Source: Chlorokybus atmophyticus (taxonomy: Eukaryota > Plantae > Mesostigma and Chlorokybus algae). Taken from it: DNA of 64,000 bases. Each line of letters opens with the position of its first letter. Positions within the stretch are counted from its first letter, which is position 1. This document shows positions 36,526 through 54,214 of this stretch, piece after piece. A model generated the notes under the pieces. It made no database searches and had not been told where the DNA came from. It worked only from the letters and a program-made list of their open reading frames with translations. The stretch spans positions 231,465 to 295,464 of the forward strand of contig RHPI01000560.1 of assembly GCA_009103225.1 (NCBI GenBank). The letters are read 5' to 3'. Both the position numbers and the translations under genes were made by a program.

Positions 36526-39500
36526 TCAAACCATCAGGTCCAACTTGGCATTCAACTCATCATGCGAGATCAGCCCAATGACCTTACGGTCTTCGTCATT
36601 GTACTCAATGCCAACAAGGTTAGCAATCTGAGTGTACGCTTCCGAGATGTTGGACTTGATTGGTCGCAACAAGATCGCGCGTGTGGAGGGCGAGGTGAGA
36701 TACAATCGCAACCGCGCCATGACTCCAGGCAGAGTCTCCAAAGCCTCGCGCACCTGTGCACGCGCATCAGCATATGTCCACTACACACTTCACAACTCCC
36801 AGCCTTGACACACGCTGTGCACAAGCAGGCTTGCAGTATACTTAAGGTTGTGACTTGGCTGGGTTATGGGTACATGACAAGGCAAGCAACAATGAAAATG
36901 TACAATAACTATAAACACTGGCATACATTCAAAGGGCTCAGCAGCCAGTAGATGGAAAGGACACCTACTCAGCATGCTCATGCATGCATGGTCACACATA
37001 CCTTGTCAATCATCTCTTTCAACCGCTCAGGTGAAGCGAATGCCTGCTCCCTGAGCGGTTGCGAAGAGTGCCCACTTGACAGCTTGACCGCAGTCACTTT
37101 GGTGATAAACGACAGCATGGGCTCAATGATGAGCTTTGTCATGGACATGATGAACGCCTCGCATGTGGCTTTGAGAGCCTTTTCCAAGTCCTTCTTGGAA
37201 TCCATCATGCTCTCTGTCACGCGTGGAGCTCCTTGAGCCATGAAGTTAAAAAAAGATGTTTCACCCCGCATGATTCGTCTCAGATGATCGCGCATGTGCG
37301 AGAAGTCCAGATCGCGGTACGTGACGGCAAAGTCAATGTCAAATGGCGCAATCTGCTCTCTCAATATCAAAAGATGCTTAATCAGGAACAGCTGACCGTC
37401 CATCGTGCCCGCTTTGCGCATTATCAGCCTGCTCGCAAGCTGTATTGAACTCGAACACAATGTCACAGCCTCTTGCGCGAAATCCGTAAAGATGCCCACA
37501 TCTACTGTGCGGTACAGTTTCGACAAACAGGAGAGCGTGCGCTCCAGTGGCGGGTACCAACCCGCATACATATCCCGACTGTAATCCTCCACGCTGCCAC
37601 TTGTTTCAGCTGTTCCTGCAGCCTGCAAGAAAATATCACTGTTGTTTAGACGGGTGCGAGAATGTGGGTGTCTTAACTGCTGCATGTTGCCATACCAAAG
37701 TTGACATTGCCACTCCAAACAAAACAGACAACATTGCATACCGCAGCGATGCGCTCAAGCTTGGCAGGGTAATCAAGGTCGTCTGGGGTGGGCGTATAGG
37801 TCGCAACCTCATCGCGCATGAATGTCTGCGCACGGAATATCAAGCGCTCTTGCACGTCCGCATTGATGCGTTCAACTGTTGGTCGCAGCCCTGCAACTGC
37901 CTCTCCTCTCCTGCACAAGCACAGTGTCAAGCTATCTGGACCCATCACAGTTGTTTGGGAATGATGCTCTCAGAGCCAAAATGCTGCACAGCTGCTTTCT
38001 ATGTAGTATGCTGGCTTGGTGCTCATCGGCCAGGCACGCTTGCATGTGTACCTTCCAAGGTGTTCTTCGAGAACCTCCCCACGCAGGATTTCTACAAGCT
38101 CACAAAGCAAGTCGAGGTCCTGTTCGTGGACGAAAAGGGGCCGCAACGCATCATACAGGACTGTGCAAAGGGGATCTAGCAGAGGTGCAAGAGGATTCGG
38201 GCCCGTTGTCACAGAGGTGGAGGCAGAAGAGGATGGGAAAAAGTGTTCAAACAGCTGGTGCTCAAGCTGGCAGACCTGCAAAGTGTTACACAAGTCGGGT
38301 CAACTTCACATGCCCTCCTCGGTGTATCAATGTTGAAACAGTACTATGATGGGTTCACCTGCATCAAGTAGGCGCAACCGGAACGAGTCAGGGTGGCAAC
38401 TGGCTGTGCTGCAGCGTAGGCGGCGATACGTTCTTGCACGGTGGCAGCCACCAACGCAAGGCGCTCCGAGCAGTAAAGGGCGTGACAGTCGGTGAGCAGC
38501 TGTGCATATTCTTTCCCTGCAGTGGAGATACTCATCAACATATAAAGCATGCTAGAATAAAACAAATTACAGACGAACTTGCGCCTCAATCTCAGCTACT
38601 CCCTACCGCAACGTTAGCATTGAAAGGATTGTGCCAACCTCAGGGTGCTGCTTTGTGCCCATTGTGGACATACTACTACTGCTGCATGCTTTAAACATGG
38701 GCATGGACACATATCCTATGTTTGTAACACACTGCACAGCACACCATGACAAGGCATCATGCAACTCACTGGATCCTCTCGCCTCCATCTCTTCCATAAG
38801 GCCTTTGAGCTCGGGTGCAGCAGCGCGGAAACGCACGTAAAGCAGGGAAGTCTCCGCACCTTCCATCACACCGGTTGCACCACTCTCACGCACGGCAGCT
38901 TGTACCTGCACATTTTGCAAGAGTAAGCAGCAGTTGCACAGAGGTCAACGGAGGTGGATCTAGATTAGATTCTAGACTGAAGCAGTACCAGTGTAGCAAG
39001 TTTTGAATGTTATGAATGGTACATGCAGTCACAGTGATGAGATGCCATATCTGAGTGATGCTATGCTTACCTGGGCTGAGGCGTAGCGGAGCACTGACAG
39101 GACATGTGTTCGCACAAGGCCAAGAGCGCGAGCCTGCAGCTGCTTAAACTTGACCAGATAGGTGCTTGAATCTGCATATTGAGGGTTGCTCGAGACATAC
39201 CTGCACACACCATCAGAGAGCTTCATTGGAAAGAAGCGCATCTTGAGCAAGTTTTATATCACTTGCTGTTGATGCTTGCAAGATGCGCGCAACACACCAA
39301 GCTCAATGAGAAGCATGTGTGCATACGTACGCAATGCATTCGTCAAGGCGCCTGACCAGTGGCAGAAAGTGTCCACTTTGGACAGAGATGCCCCCAGAGG
39401 CATGAAACTGCGTGGAGACTTTCTCCAGCTCATCAAAGTAGTTGAGCTTGGTCCGCAGAGCATCCGCAAATGCTGCCAATCTCTCTTTCTCCTGCAGATA

Positions 39501-40754
39501 TGCAGGCACACACATAATGCTGCATCAGCTTGTCATTGCGTATGAGACTCATGCATGCAAGCATGCATGCCATACATGAGTGTGCTGTTGCAACCCAGCA
39601 GTGCAGTTTAACTGGTGCCATACCTGTACAAGCTGCTCGCATGCATCGGATAGAGCACGTGTTTTGGTCGCGACAGCTCTATGCTGAGCTTGCAAGTCTT
39701 CAAAAAGCTGCAACGTTTCATCGACCTGCGACCACCCGAGTACGAGACATGATGCTTACTGGTCAGTTTGCAGCAGCGTACATGCCATGCAGCAGTTGAA
39801 ACATTACGTACCAGTGAGATTATTGAGTCAAACGTGCGCAGATGGTTTAGCAGCTCCTCTGCATAATGCTGGTACTTCTCTTCCATCTCGGAATTCATGG
39901 CTGCCTCCAGCTCCGCATGCCATTTGTAAAACTGCCAGCAGTATAGATGCTGAGGTGCTGGGTTGCGGACTTGCATGCATGTCAGTTTGTGTGTACACGC
40001 ACCTGATGACTGTTTTGCAACGACAGCTGGGATGGGGGCAAGAATTGGTGCGCTTTCTCGTCACTGCTTGGTGTGGGTGGCTGCTGATCCTGACTTCCAC
40101 TCTCAAGCTGTCGTGAAGCAGACAAGTGTATCAACAGACCGCTCTAAGAAAGCTGCTACAAGTCTGTTGTCCAAACGTTTCCCAGTAGCTAACTGATTTC
40201 AATCGTGGTGACTTTGTTTACGGGAAGAAAGGAGGTCAGTATGTGAGCAAACTTACATGTTGTGGGAGGGGTCGCTCGCCCACATAATCTGCGACCAAGC
40301 TCACAGCTTGCAACTGCTCATCCGTTAAAGGTGCGTTCTGTACAACAGGTACATAATGAGACGTGATGAGTTGCATGCGCAAGCCATAATTGCATCGCAA
40401 GACGTAACCTGGTAAAAAGGCACAACATGGCGATTGACTTAATGAAGAGCCAGCTCTAGTGCTCGTTCCTTCAATTAACACGTGCCAGCATGGAATACAA
40501 TGCAACCCCAAGGTTGAATACTACACTGTGCATGCGCACATTTGCTTAACGTCAGGATGCGCAAGATAATTGCATTCCATGCAACAGCACAATTCAATTT
40601 GATGCTGTAAGTAGTTGCATTGGTATGACAGCCTGTGCTTGACAACTATCTCCCCGATCTCCAGTCGTACCTGCTCCCAGGTGTGCACGAAGCTGTACCC
40701 CCTTGAAACAGCAGCCCTCCCCGCAAGCGGCGGCGGTGCCGCCGCCGCCGCCAT
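36526..40754 (-). CDS. COG3: Conserved oligomeric Golgi complex subunit 3 (Sec34), multi-exon
   Basis: [139 protein letters not shown]. Confidence 0.97.
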
Positions 40755-41054
40755 GACCCACCAGCAGGCCGCCAACGACAACAACCTCACCGCAGCCAGG
40801 CCAAAGCCCAGCCCTAATTTTCAAACGATTAACTGGCAAGTCCACCGCCGTCAACAGTCAAGCAGCTTGCATTTCCCCCTGCTCATTTCAACCGTGACGT
40901 TCCCGTGCCGTTAAACAAGCTAGGCACATGCACACACACAAGTCTTTGTCATTGTGCCTGGCTAAGCTTTGGTGTGCCCTGCTTGTCGCTGGCGGGCGGG
41001 GCGGCGGGGTGACTGGGAGGGTGAAGCGGAGGCGCAACAGATGTAGGGACGCTC

Positions 41055-44000
41055 ATGGCGGGGATAGTGACAGCGGTGGGTCCGCCTAGGACAGTGGCCA
41101 CGAGGGCGAGCTCTGCGAGAAAGCAGAGCAGCAATGGCGGCATGCAGCCTGTGGCGGCAGCTGCAGGATGGCAGAGCGCAGCTCAAGGCAAGCAGCAAGT
41201 AGTGGACCTGACGGACGTCATGCCTCCACCGCCGCCAGTGACGCTGCGTGTGCCACGGGTAAGTTTAAGCGAGCGGTGCCTCCAGCTCGCAGCAGCCTGT
41301 GTTCGCCGGTGTGACTGCGGGTGCATGTACAAGACAATGCAGGCAATTTCAAGCTGCCAAGTGCTTGCTAACGTCCAGCAAACCTTTCCGTCACATTGTG
41401 CAAGAATGTGAAGAAGCCAAAGACAGGATACTGCTTGAACTTGTGCACTTCTTGCACAATGCATGTTGCATCGACTTATGCGTAAAACCAAAAAGTGTCT
41501 GCAGCGTAGCGTTGAACCTTACATTGAGACAAGAAACCTACGTCAACCTAAGTCATGAACTGTGACTTTGTCAGTCACTACCCCTTGTAGACTGTGAGAG
41601 CTCGCATCAGGTTGCACCAGGCAATGCAAGCTTCGGCTTCATGTCCTTCCCAATGCAACCTTTTGGAAACAGCATAAGTTCAGACTGCTGCTTAGTTTGC
41701 TCTCCACCAACGGAGGCCACTTTGTATTGCATGCATCACCGACACGAGCTTCACAACACTTCCGTTATCATCCAGACGTACAGTTGCACAGATGCATTGG
41801 CGCTCAGCGTTGTGTGTTGGAACCATGCGTGTGTGAGTTGGGTTCTGTACGCTGACTCATCCACGAAGGTTGCTATGGCAGCTTCAAGCCTGTGTGTGCG
41901 CATTGTTTCAAGTCTTTTAGCTGTGATTTGTTTCTGTATATAGCGATCGTCTATTGGTGGCGACTGTGGGGCAGGCAAAAGCCCCATATCTCAGAGCCCT
42001 GGAGCCTCTCCCTTTCCACAGATGTCCAGGCAGCTTTGCGTGCAGCAGAAGTCTTGCATGTTCGACGATTGAGGGGTTTGCTGTTGCAGACAAACGGTGC
42101 AGCTGGCATGCACATGGCAACGCCAGCCAAGCGCAAACTCCCAATAGAACAAGACCTTGCTGCGGACGACCGCGCGGCTGCTCCCACGCCGAGCAGCTGG
42201 TAGAACACACAACATGCAAGCACAACATGCATCTTGTGGCGCACATGCACTCAGCTAACATGCCTGTGTGCAGCCAATGCACGTGCAGGTGCTATGCCTG
42301 GCACGGCAAGTATGCCGCCTGCTCAGCCTGGAACATCCAAATGGCGTTTATCCCAAGAGATGAGCTGCTAGATCTCCAAGTCAAGTGTAGGTGAGTACAA
42401 GGTGTGTCACATGTGTGAAAGAGCTTGTCGCATCAGCGTTGCAAGTTTACTGCAGTCCCGAATCTGAATGATCTGCAGCGAAGCTGTGAGCGTTTTTGCG
42501 CATGCTGTGGCTGGCAGCATCGCAAAGAGGCGAAACACAAGTGGATATCAGTTATTCCAGGTAAGTGTTTTTGCTACTGATGTAGTGGTCGTGAGTAAAA
42601 CACTAGTTAATAGTATGCGTATCCTCTGCAGATTGCCGGAGCACGCGTAGGTCCCGATGGGCAGACTTGCATTGCTACTCCAACAGGTTCATGGGTGAGT
42701 GTTGGATTGCCATGCCGGAATCTGTGGCTGTATCCACAAATCCAATTTGTCAGGTTCCTATTACGGAAACTTCCGCACAAGCTGTGTCCGCTGAAGAACT
42801 GGCCATGCTTCGGCATGAGATCGCAGATGGCAGGCATCCCTTGCTAAAGCTGGTATGGTTACCGCTATGTGTGCATGGTTGCTGTGCTTTGCCTGTCTGA
42901 TCCTGCTGCTCTGGCTGCTAACTTGGACTTGCAGAAAACCATGACGGACTCCAGAGCTGCACGAACGCGCTACAAAGATGAGAAACTTCACAAGGTCGAG
43001 TTGATGCAAGGGAGGTTGGCTTTGATGCTCTGTTATTGAAAGTGTTTGTATTGACAGGAGAATCTTCGCAAACTGCTCGCGAGCGCTAACAAGCAAGAAC
43101 AGTTTGGCAACGACAAAAAGGTTGGCCACATACCTTTTACGACAATAACTCCATGCAGCACTGCCAAGCTACTAGTGCAAGTCTGTCACAGTTGTCTCGT
43201 GCCATTGCACACGCAGCAAGTGCCTTGCATCCCAGCATGCCATACTTGCACCATTCTGATGCGTGAGTTATCTGTCTTATCTGTCTTTACCTCGTGGCAG
43301 GCTCAGGAGTTGTTGCACGAGTACCGAATGATAACGGACCGGGGGCTGTTTGAACGCGTCCCTCCTGAGCTGCAGGCTTTGGAAGACATGCCACCTTTTC
43401 AAGCCACACAGGATGTGCTTGGAGCACAGGATCAACCAGGGCCAGCTGGTTGCAACCTTACAGGTGGTGACACCTCTGATCAGATGGGGCAACCAAGTCC
43501 CAGTGCTGTGCGGACGGGTGGTGGCTGGGGGACAAACAAGCCCGCAACAGCTTGGGGGGCAAAGCCAGCAAGCAATGCAGACACAACAGGCAATGCCGAG
43601 GTGCCAGCAACGAAGAGCGGGTGGGGTGCAATCACCAATAATGCAAGCAGTGCGGAGGTGCCAGCAGCCAAAAGTGGATGGGGAACAGCCAACAAAGGAA
43701 GTGGTTGGGGAGGTGCAGGCACTCCAGGTAGGGGCACATAGGGTGCTGCCCATTGCACTAGTATTGCACTGATATTGCTGAATCTGGGAGTGAACACCAC
43801 AGTAGAGAAATGGTTTCCGCAGTTAAGGGATCCGGATGGGGCGCGCAGCAAACAGGCACTGCCGAGACGCCAACAACCAAGAGCGGGTGGGGTACAACCA
43901 ACAATGGCGGTTGGGGAGGCGCAGGCAGTTCAGGTAGGGGCACATGGAATGCTGTCGTTGCTGCTAGTATTGCTGCATCTGGGAGTACGCACGCAGTGAC

Positions 44001-46439
44001 AAGACTGTTTGTGCAGTAAAGGATTTCAGACGGGGTACGCAGCAAACAGGCACATGGGGCGCTTCCAATAATGGCAACGCGAGAGGTGGCTCTGAGAGCC
44101 TCTGCCAAACTGGAGCGAATACAACACCTCTTGGGCAACGCAAGCCTTCAGGTGCAGCTGTAATGCATGCATCACAACAGTTGTGTTACTCTCACTCCTA
44201 ACACCTTTTACACCTGTGACATGTCACCAGATAACGCTGTGTGCATGCTCCTTGAAGTTTTATGGTTCTGATGTGTTCAGGCGGAGATGCTGGCCCTAGC
44301 ACTTGCTTCAAGTGCAACCAGGAAGGGCATATATCTAAGGACTGCCCTTCAAGTGCAGACGGAGGCTCCGGCACATGCTTCAAGTGCAACGAACCAGGCC
44401 ATACATCTCGTGATTGCCCGCATGCAGACGTTGTCTGCCGCAGATGCAAACAGGAAGGGCACAAAGGCAACGAGTGCCCTAACCAGACCGGACCCACCTG
44501 CTACAACTGTCAGGTCAGGCAGCAACATGTTAGAACTGCTGTCACCGTGCCAACACAAGTTCAGCTAAGTCGTTTAGAACATGTGCATGTTGCGACTCAA
44601 CTGCTGCTAGCTGATGGTCTTGGTATGGTCAGGAAACTGGGCATGTGTCTAAAGACTGCACGCAACCAAAGGCAGGACGACCCTGCTACAATTGTCAGGT
44701 CAGGCAACCTGTTATTGTTGCACTCACCTACAAAAGTTCAGCTTGGTCACAACATATGCATTCTGTAATCTGCCTGCTGCTAGCTGATGGTCTTGGTGTA
44801 TGCAGGAAACTGGACATGTGTCCAAAGATTGCTCGCAACCAAGGCGCGGAACAACGTGCTACAACTGTCAGGTCAAGCAACCTATTACATTTGCATTTGA
44901 TGCTGGAACCATGCCTACACAAGTTCATTTACAACATCACACGACTGCTAGCTGATGGTCTTGCTATATGCAGGAAAGTGGGCATATGACAAAGGATTGC
45001 ACGCAACCACGGGCCGGGCCAACCTGTTTCAATTGTCAGGTCGTGTCATCGTTGTATTCACCATCCCAACAAGAGTTCGGGTCTAAATTGTGCATTGTAA
45101 CTTGTCTGCCGCCAGCTGATGGTCTTGCTATCCGCAGGAAGTTGGTCATTTGTCCAAAGGCTGCACGCAACCAAAGAGAAAACGTCAAAACACTGGTGTG
45201 GCACTGCGCTGATACCCGCGTTGCAATGGCATCGTTGTTGCATGCTGCTACCGCACTCAGTGCATCAGTGACCACACAACCAATGCCTGTTGTTCGCAGA
45301 CGCTTCCAGCGGCTGGGACAAAAACCTAACAAACAATGGTGATGCCTGCAACTTCCAGCCTGTATGGGGTCAAGCAACCAACGGACGCAGTTCAGGTTGG
45401 TGCAGCAGCGTTGCCAGTAAACAGCTGTCGCCCAGTGTTGCATGTGCAGTTGCTGCATCTCAGCCAGTGGCAAGTCTTGTTGCTGTGGCTCCGTGACATG
45501 CGAACATCTATCATTGTCTTTGCAGCAGGTACTACTGGCTGGGGAGGCGGGCAGTGGTCTAAAGCACAACCCGGTGAAGGAGCCAGCAAAGGCCCGACAA
45601 AGGGTTGGGGCTCATTCAGTAATAAACCAAACGCTGGTGAAACAGGTGAAGCAGCTCCCACTGCTGGCACAAGCAATGGCTGGGCGCGACCGAAATGGGG
45701 GCAGAGCAAAGCCAGTACAGACTCTGCTGGACAGATCGGCAGCGGTTGGGGTGCCATCAGCAAAGGCGGTACGTCTAATGAAGGAAACGATGATACGGGA
45801 AACAGTGGCAACAAGCAGGAGCCTTCTGCTCCAGCACAACCCGACGGAGGCCCGAGAAAGGGTTGGGGCTCACTTAGCAATGACGCAAATATCGGTCCAA
45901 TTGGTGGACCCACTGATGAAACAAGCAATGGCTGGGCGCGACCCAAATGGGGGCAAGGCAAACCCAGCAAAGACTCTGCTGGACACAACCGCAGCGGATG
46001 GGATGCCATCCGCAAAGGTGATGCACAGTCCAACAAAGAAAACAGTGGTTCTGGGAACAGCAACAAGCAGGAGCATTCTGCTCCTGGATCGGACAGCACT
46101 GAGGTTGTCAGCATAACACAAACTGAAGTCTGCGATACTGGTTGCAAAAGCAACGGGAACAGCACACCAAAGCCTAATGCATCTGATCGCGGATGGGGTG
46201 CTGGAGGCGAGGACAACTCTTCCGTGCCTGCGGATGACACTGGCGAAGCTGGCGCTGATCTGGCACAACCCGAGCAGGATAACGATGCACTTGACACCCC
46301 GCAACAGGATCAAAGGGACACGCATAGCGCTGGTTGCGAACAGAATGCCAATGGTTGGAGCAAACCAGCTGCGAGTGGATGGGGTGCTGGAAAGAGCAAT
46401 GGTTGGGGCAACAAGGCCTCAGGAGGTGGCTGGAAGTAA
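41055..46439 (+). CDS. NERD-like Plus3-domain protein with WG/GW repeat regions and a 7x CCHC zinc-knuckle array; 5' exon structure uncertain
   Basis: Spliced exons 42288-43400 read YAACSAWNIQMAFIPRDELLDL...FAHAVAGSIAKRR...YQLFQ|IAG...WVPITETSAQAVSAEELAMLRHEIADGRHPLL...ENLRKLL, matching the plant Plus3 domain and following helices. Then WG-rich exons (43300-44151), seven CX2CX4HX4C knuckles (44300-45160) and a WG-rich last exon to the stop at 46437-46439. Confidence 0.8.
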
Positions 46440-47185
46440 GCAGGCACATAACGTTGGAATGATGCACTCTTGCGTAATTGGCGATAACAGTCCTCCTGCT
46501 GCCCAGCTGGGTGAGCCATGGTCTTGGCTTCTTCCGGGCGCTTCTTCGTATGCAACTGATCAACCAAAGCTGCATCCAGACTGAGAACTCTCCGAAATGA
46601 AGGCGTGCACGGCATAGTGCGAGCTGACTGACGGGGCGCGGAGGCGGCCCCAGTCTCAGCATATCAACACATATATGTATATACTTAGCACCGTTGATGG
46701 TTGTTTGCAGAGTGCCTTGATGTATAACACATGAGCCTGCTGTACAGTTAGACAGATTACCGTCCGTGCATGTTCAACCCTAACACGTGCTGGTGTTGTT
46801 GGTGCCCTGCGGGCAGGTTTGTGCTATCTCTTGCATGCGCGGGGTGGGGGTGGGGGGGGTCATATAATTTATCTGTGTATATAAAGCTCCAAAATTGTTG
46901 TGTTGGCATGCTAGTTGGCCAGGGCAATGACCGTTTGCAACATAACACACTGCCAAGCACGACTAACCCCAGCACATGTGGGCAGGTGATGGCAACTAAC
47001 ATGTGTGCATGCATGTCTAACGGGTTAGGCAAGATAGTGGTAGTGCCGTAATGTAGAATGTAGTGTACAAAAGATGCAAGGCGGGTTTCATGCATGCAAG
47101 GCACACCGCATTCATCACATACATTGCCGTTTCGCATTGTATGTACATGCAGCCAGTACATCACCCACACACTCTAGCATACAAC

Positions 47186-47724
47186 ACCACCGGGCTACAT
47201 GCTAACCTACTGCCACTAAGTACGTCACCAACTATTCACCTACCCCATTAGACTTGCATGCATGGTAAGTCAAAACGGTTGTTACCTGCACGCATGTGCA
47301 GCTAGTTAGTATTTCATCATCTTTGTGCGGCAGCCAGCAGCAGCAGCAGTACGAGCAGCCGACGGCCTCCCCCTCCCCCTCTCCCGTTCCTTCACCCTGT
47401 GTATAAACCCGGTAGTTGTACGCTGGCAGTGTAAACAAGGGGTATGGTACTTACGCCAACATGCATAGGGTATGAGTCATTTTTGCAAGAATGCAAGCAA
47501 GCATGCAAGGTGTGCGGAGAATGTGCTTGGCATGCATAATCACCAGCAAACACAGCTCATCACACAACCAACATGTGTTGGCTGTGTGAAGCGCGTGATT
47601 GCTGCTGCATGTGACTGCTACACCTGCAGCCCGTGCTGCAGGTGCATACACCATATGCATACTGGCTTGAACTTACAGGGTAGGGGGTAGGGCGTTAGGC
47701 ATACGTAGCAAGCAGCCCGGTGGT
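47186..47724. mobile_element. Second putative element bounded by the same inverted 11-mers
   Basis: ACCACCGGGCT at 47186-47196 and AGCCCGGTGGT at 47714-47724, with GGTAG-rich subterminal sequence on both sides; non-coding interior. Confidence 0.4.
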
Positions 47725-48760
47725 ATAAAGTGTTGGCAGGTCATTGCATAGGTTGAGTGCTGGTGTGGTGCATGACATTGCATGTGAGTGACACCTTGCA
47801 TGGGCTATGTAGCATACTTTCTCTTATACCCATGCATGTGCTAGCATAGGCAGAATACTAGCATATGCCTTGTGTACGACAGTTGTAGATGAACAACGGT
47901 ACCACCGCATGTACCAGCTAGCGCCACAACAACAAAGCTTGTACAAACGCTTGTGCACACATACCGCAGAGACCAAAAGTTACACATCATAAGAAGTTTT
48001 GGGTATTCTGCATTGCACTGTTTACGAGAGAAGCGCGCAACCTCCGTCAGAGTTTGCCATATTCAGGTACAGGCCAGAGCCCTTAAGTTCATAATTCAAC
48101 CAGTTGCGCATGTTGCACATTGCAATGAAGCATCATTAAATAATAGTGATAATAGGTGGGGTGCCAAGGTGTGGGATATGTTCAACAAGGGCAGTGCAGG
48201 TTAGCCAGTACAACCAAAACTACCAAGTGTGCCCCTGTCAGCGGCACTGGAGGACAGCAAGCGGTTGCAGCTATTGCATAGCAAGCACTGCACCTGCATG
48301 CAGTTGCCAGCCAGTTGGCAACCGCCAACGACAGGGGCGGAGAGCCACTAGGCCTCTGTATGTGCCTGGTGACAGGCGATAGCGCTCAGGGCTTCCTAAC
48401 AATGCGCCCGGTTCCGTCTCAAAAGCGAACCATGATGTTGGTCCCTTTGACTGCAGTACTGCACACGGCCCTGGTGGCCCTGCAAATGCCAGCAACAAAT
48501 CTTGGCATGACAAGCCACCTGTACTGGACAAGCAACCCGATTAACTACTACAGGAAGCGGAGCCTGCTATGAATAATGATACAGTGCTTTCAGCAGTAAA
48601 CCTGCAAGCGGCAATACCAGACTGTAAGGTTTTAACCATTCGTAGCCCAGACTATCTACAGGAAGTGTGAACAATGCTTGTTTGCAATGTTGAAAGTGGT
48701 GGGGACTCCGTCAACTGCTGGTGCGCTGGATCAACCCTGACAGCAGTGTCTTGCCTGTGA

Positions 48761-52824
<4,064 letters not shown>

Positions 52825-54214
52825 TCTGGCTCGCTACAAGCACTACAGCTTGGCCTGCTGCTTAATGCACCCAACCTCCCACGTCCCAGTCGATCCAGAC
52901 TCCACCACAGCTGCTCCCCCCGGGCCTAGCGCTCAGACCAACGCCGCCGCCGACGCCCACGACGACGACGCCAGCGGCGGGCAAAGCATGCACTGGCTCA
53001 CACGGCACAGCGCGGGACGGCCTCTGGCTTTTGGTTTTGCATTTTTTTGGGTTTTTCGCTTCCTTGCGTTGCCAACGGTTTGCTCGGACGTGTCGCCCGC
53101 ACAGGCGACTCGCCTGCGGTGTCGTGGTTTTCAGGAAACTCATCTGGAAGAGGTACAGGCTACAGGCTACTCACTGTACTCACTGTACTAGGCCTGTAGA
53201 TTCCACAGGCACCTAGTACTCCCTTTGTGTTGTGTTCTCGTGTTTGGGTTGTGTTGGGCCAACACAGCCCAAAACCACTGTTGGCGAACTCACTTAAGCC
53301 GAACTTATCAAAGTTTGACACACTCGGAACTCGTTGCAAGCACGCAAGCAGCACTGCTTGCTTGCTTGCTGCGGCATGCATGTGTTAGCAAGCAGCGAGG
53401 CTGGCTTGTTGAGCTGCTGGACGGCGGTGGCGGCAGCAGGGGCGGCGGTGGTGGTGGTGGCCACAGTGTCGTAGGTAGCAGCGCAGATTGTTTGCCCGCA
53501 GTCTGCTGGCGAGGGCCTTGTGTTCTTGTGCGGATGGCGGGGGCGTCATTGCTGGGGTTGCAGCGCAGTCTGGCTGAGTGTGGTGTGGCATGCCTGCCCT
53601 ATATGCAGGCAAAGACGGGGTTGATGTTGCCACCTGGAAACTCGCTCACCAACCACACAAGCTGACGTGGTGGCAAGAGCAAGCGAGCTGTCAGTTCGTC
53701 TGCTGAGGTGCGTGTCATGCATGAGTCAAATGCCAGTACAAGATGCCGTCGTCACGCGAAACTAGGGTGTCACATCATTGCTGTTGTCAACACTGCATAT
53801 AACCCACAGTCCTGAATGTAGTACTTCTGAGTTGAGCTTACGGACCCCTTGCCTCGTCAGGAAGTTTATGCAAACAGGCTTGCGTGCCGCCGGGAAGAAG
53901 GTAACTGACGCACAGCCATCAAGTTCTAATGCACCGCTCGTGCTGCACGCATGTGTTGTGGTCTCTTGTTGAGACTTGTGTGTATTGAAGAAGTAAACAG
54001 CTAGAGTTGGTGATATTGAAACGGACAGCATGGCATAGTGCCACTGCACTATGCCATGCTGTCCGTTAAGCAACCCACTGCAAACATGCCCCCAACCGCA
54101 TGAAGTAGCATTGCAGTCGCGGGTTTCCAGCAGTATAGCCCCCAACAGTAGGCAAATGGCGCTCTGGACAGTAAGCATGCTGATCGCTACTCTGTGTGTT
54201 CTCAGGTGATCATC

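Noticed and set aside
40753-40914. Plus-strand ATG overlapping the COG3 start codon (a possible second shared-ATG case)
   Set aside because: It opens only a 53-codon ORF without homology; the partner gene starts near 41055.
43470-46439. WG and knuckle repeats read as a CRISPR array or a retroviral gag
   Set aside because: The repeats are in-frame coding units with spliceosomal introns; no constant repeat-spacer pattern and no adjacent pol or LTR.
48150-48640. Possible detached GW-like exon after the Plus3-GW gene
   Set aside because: Only one WG, stops in all frames, and it lies next to the copine 3' end.
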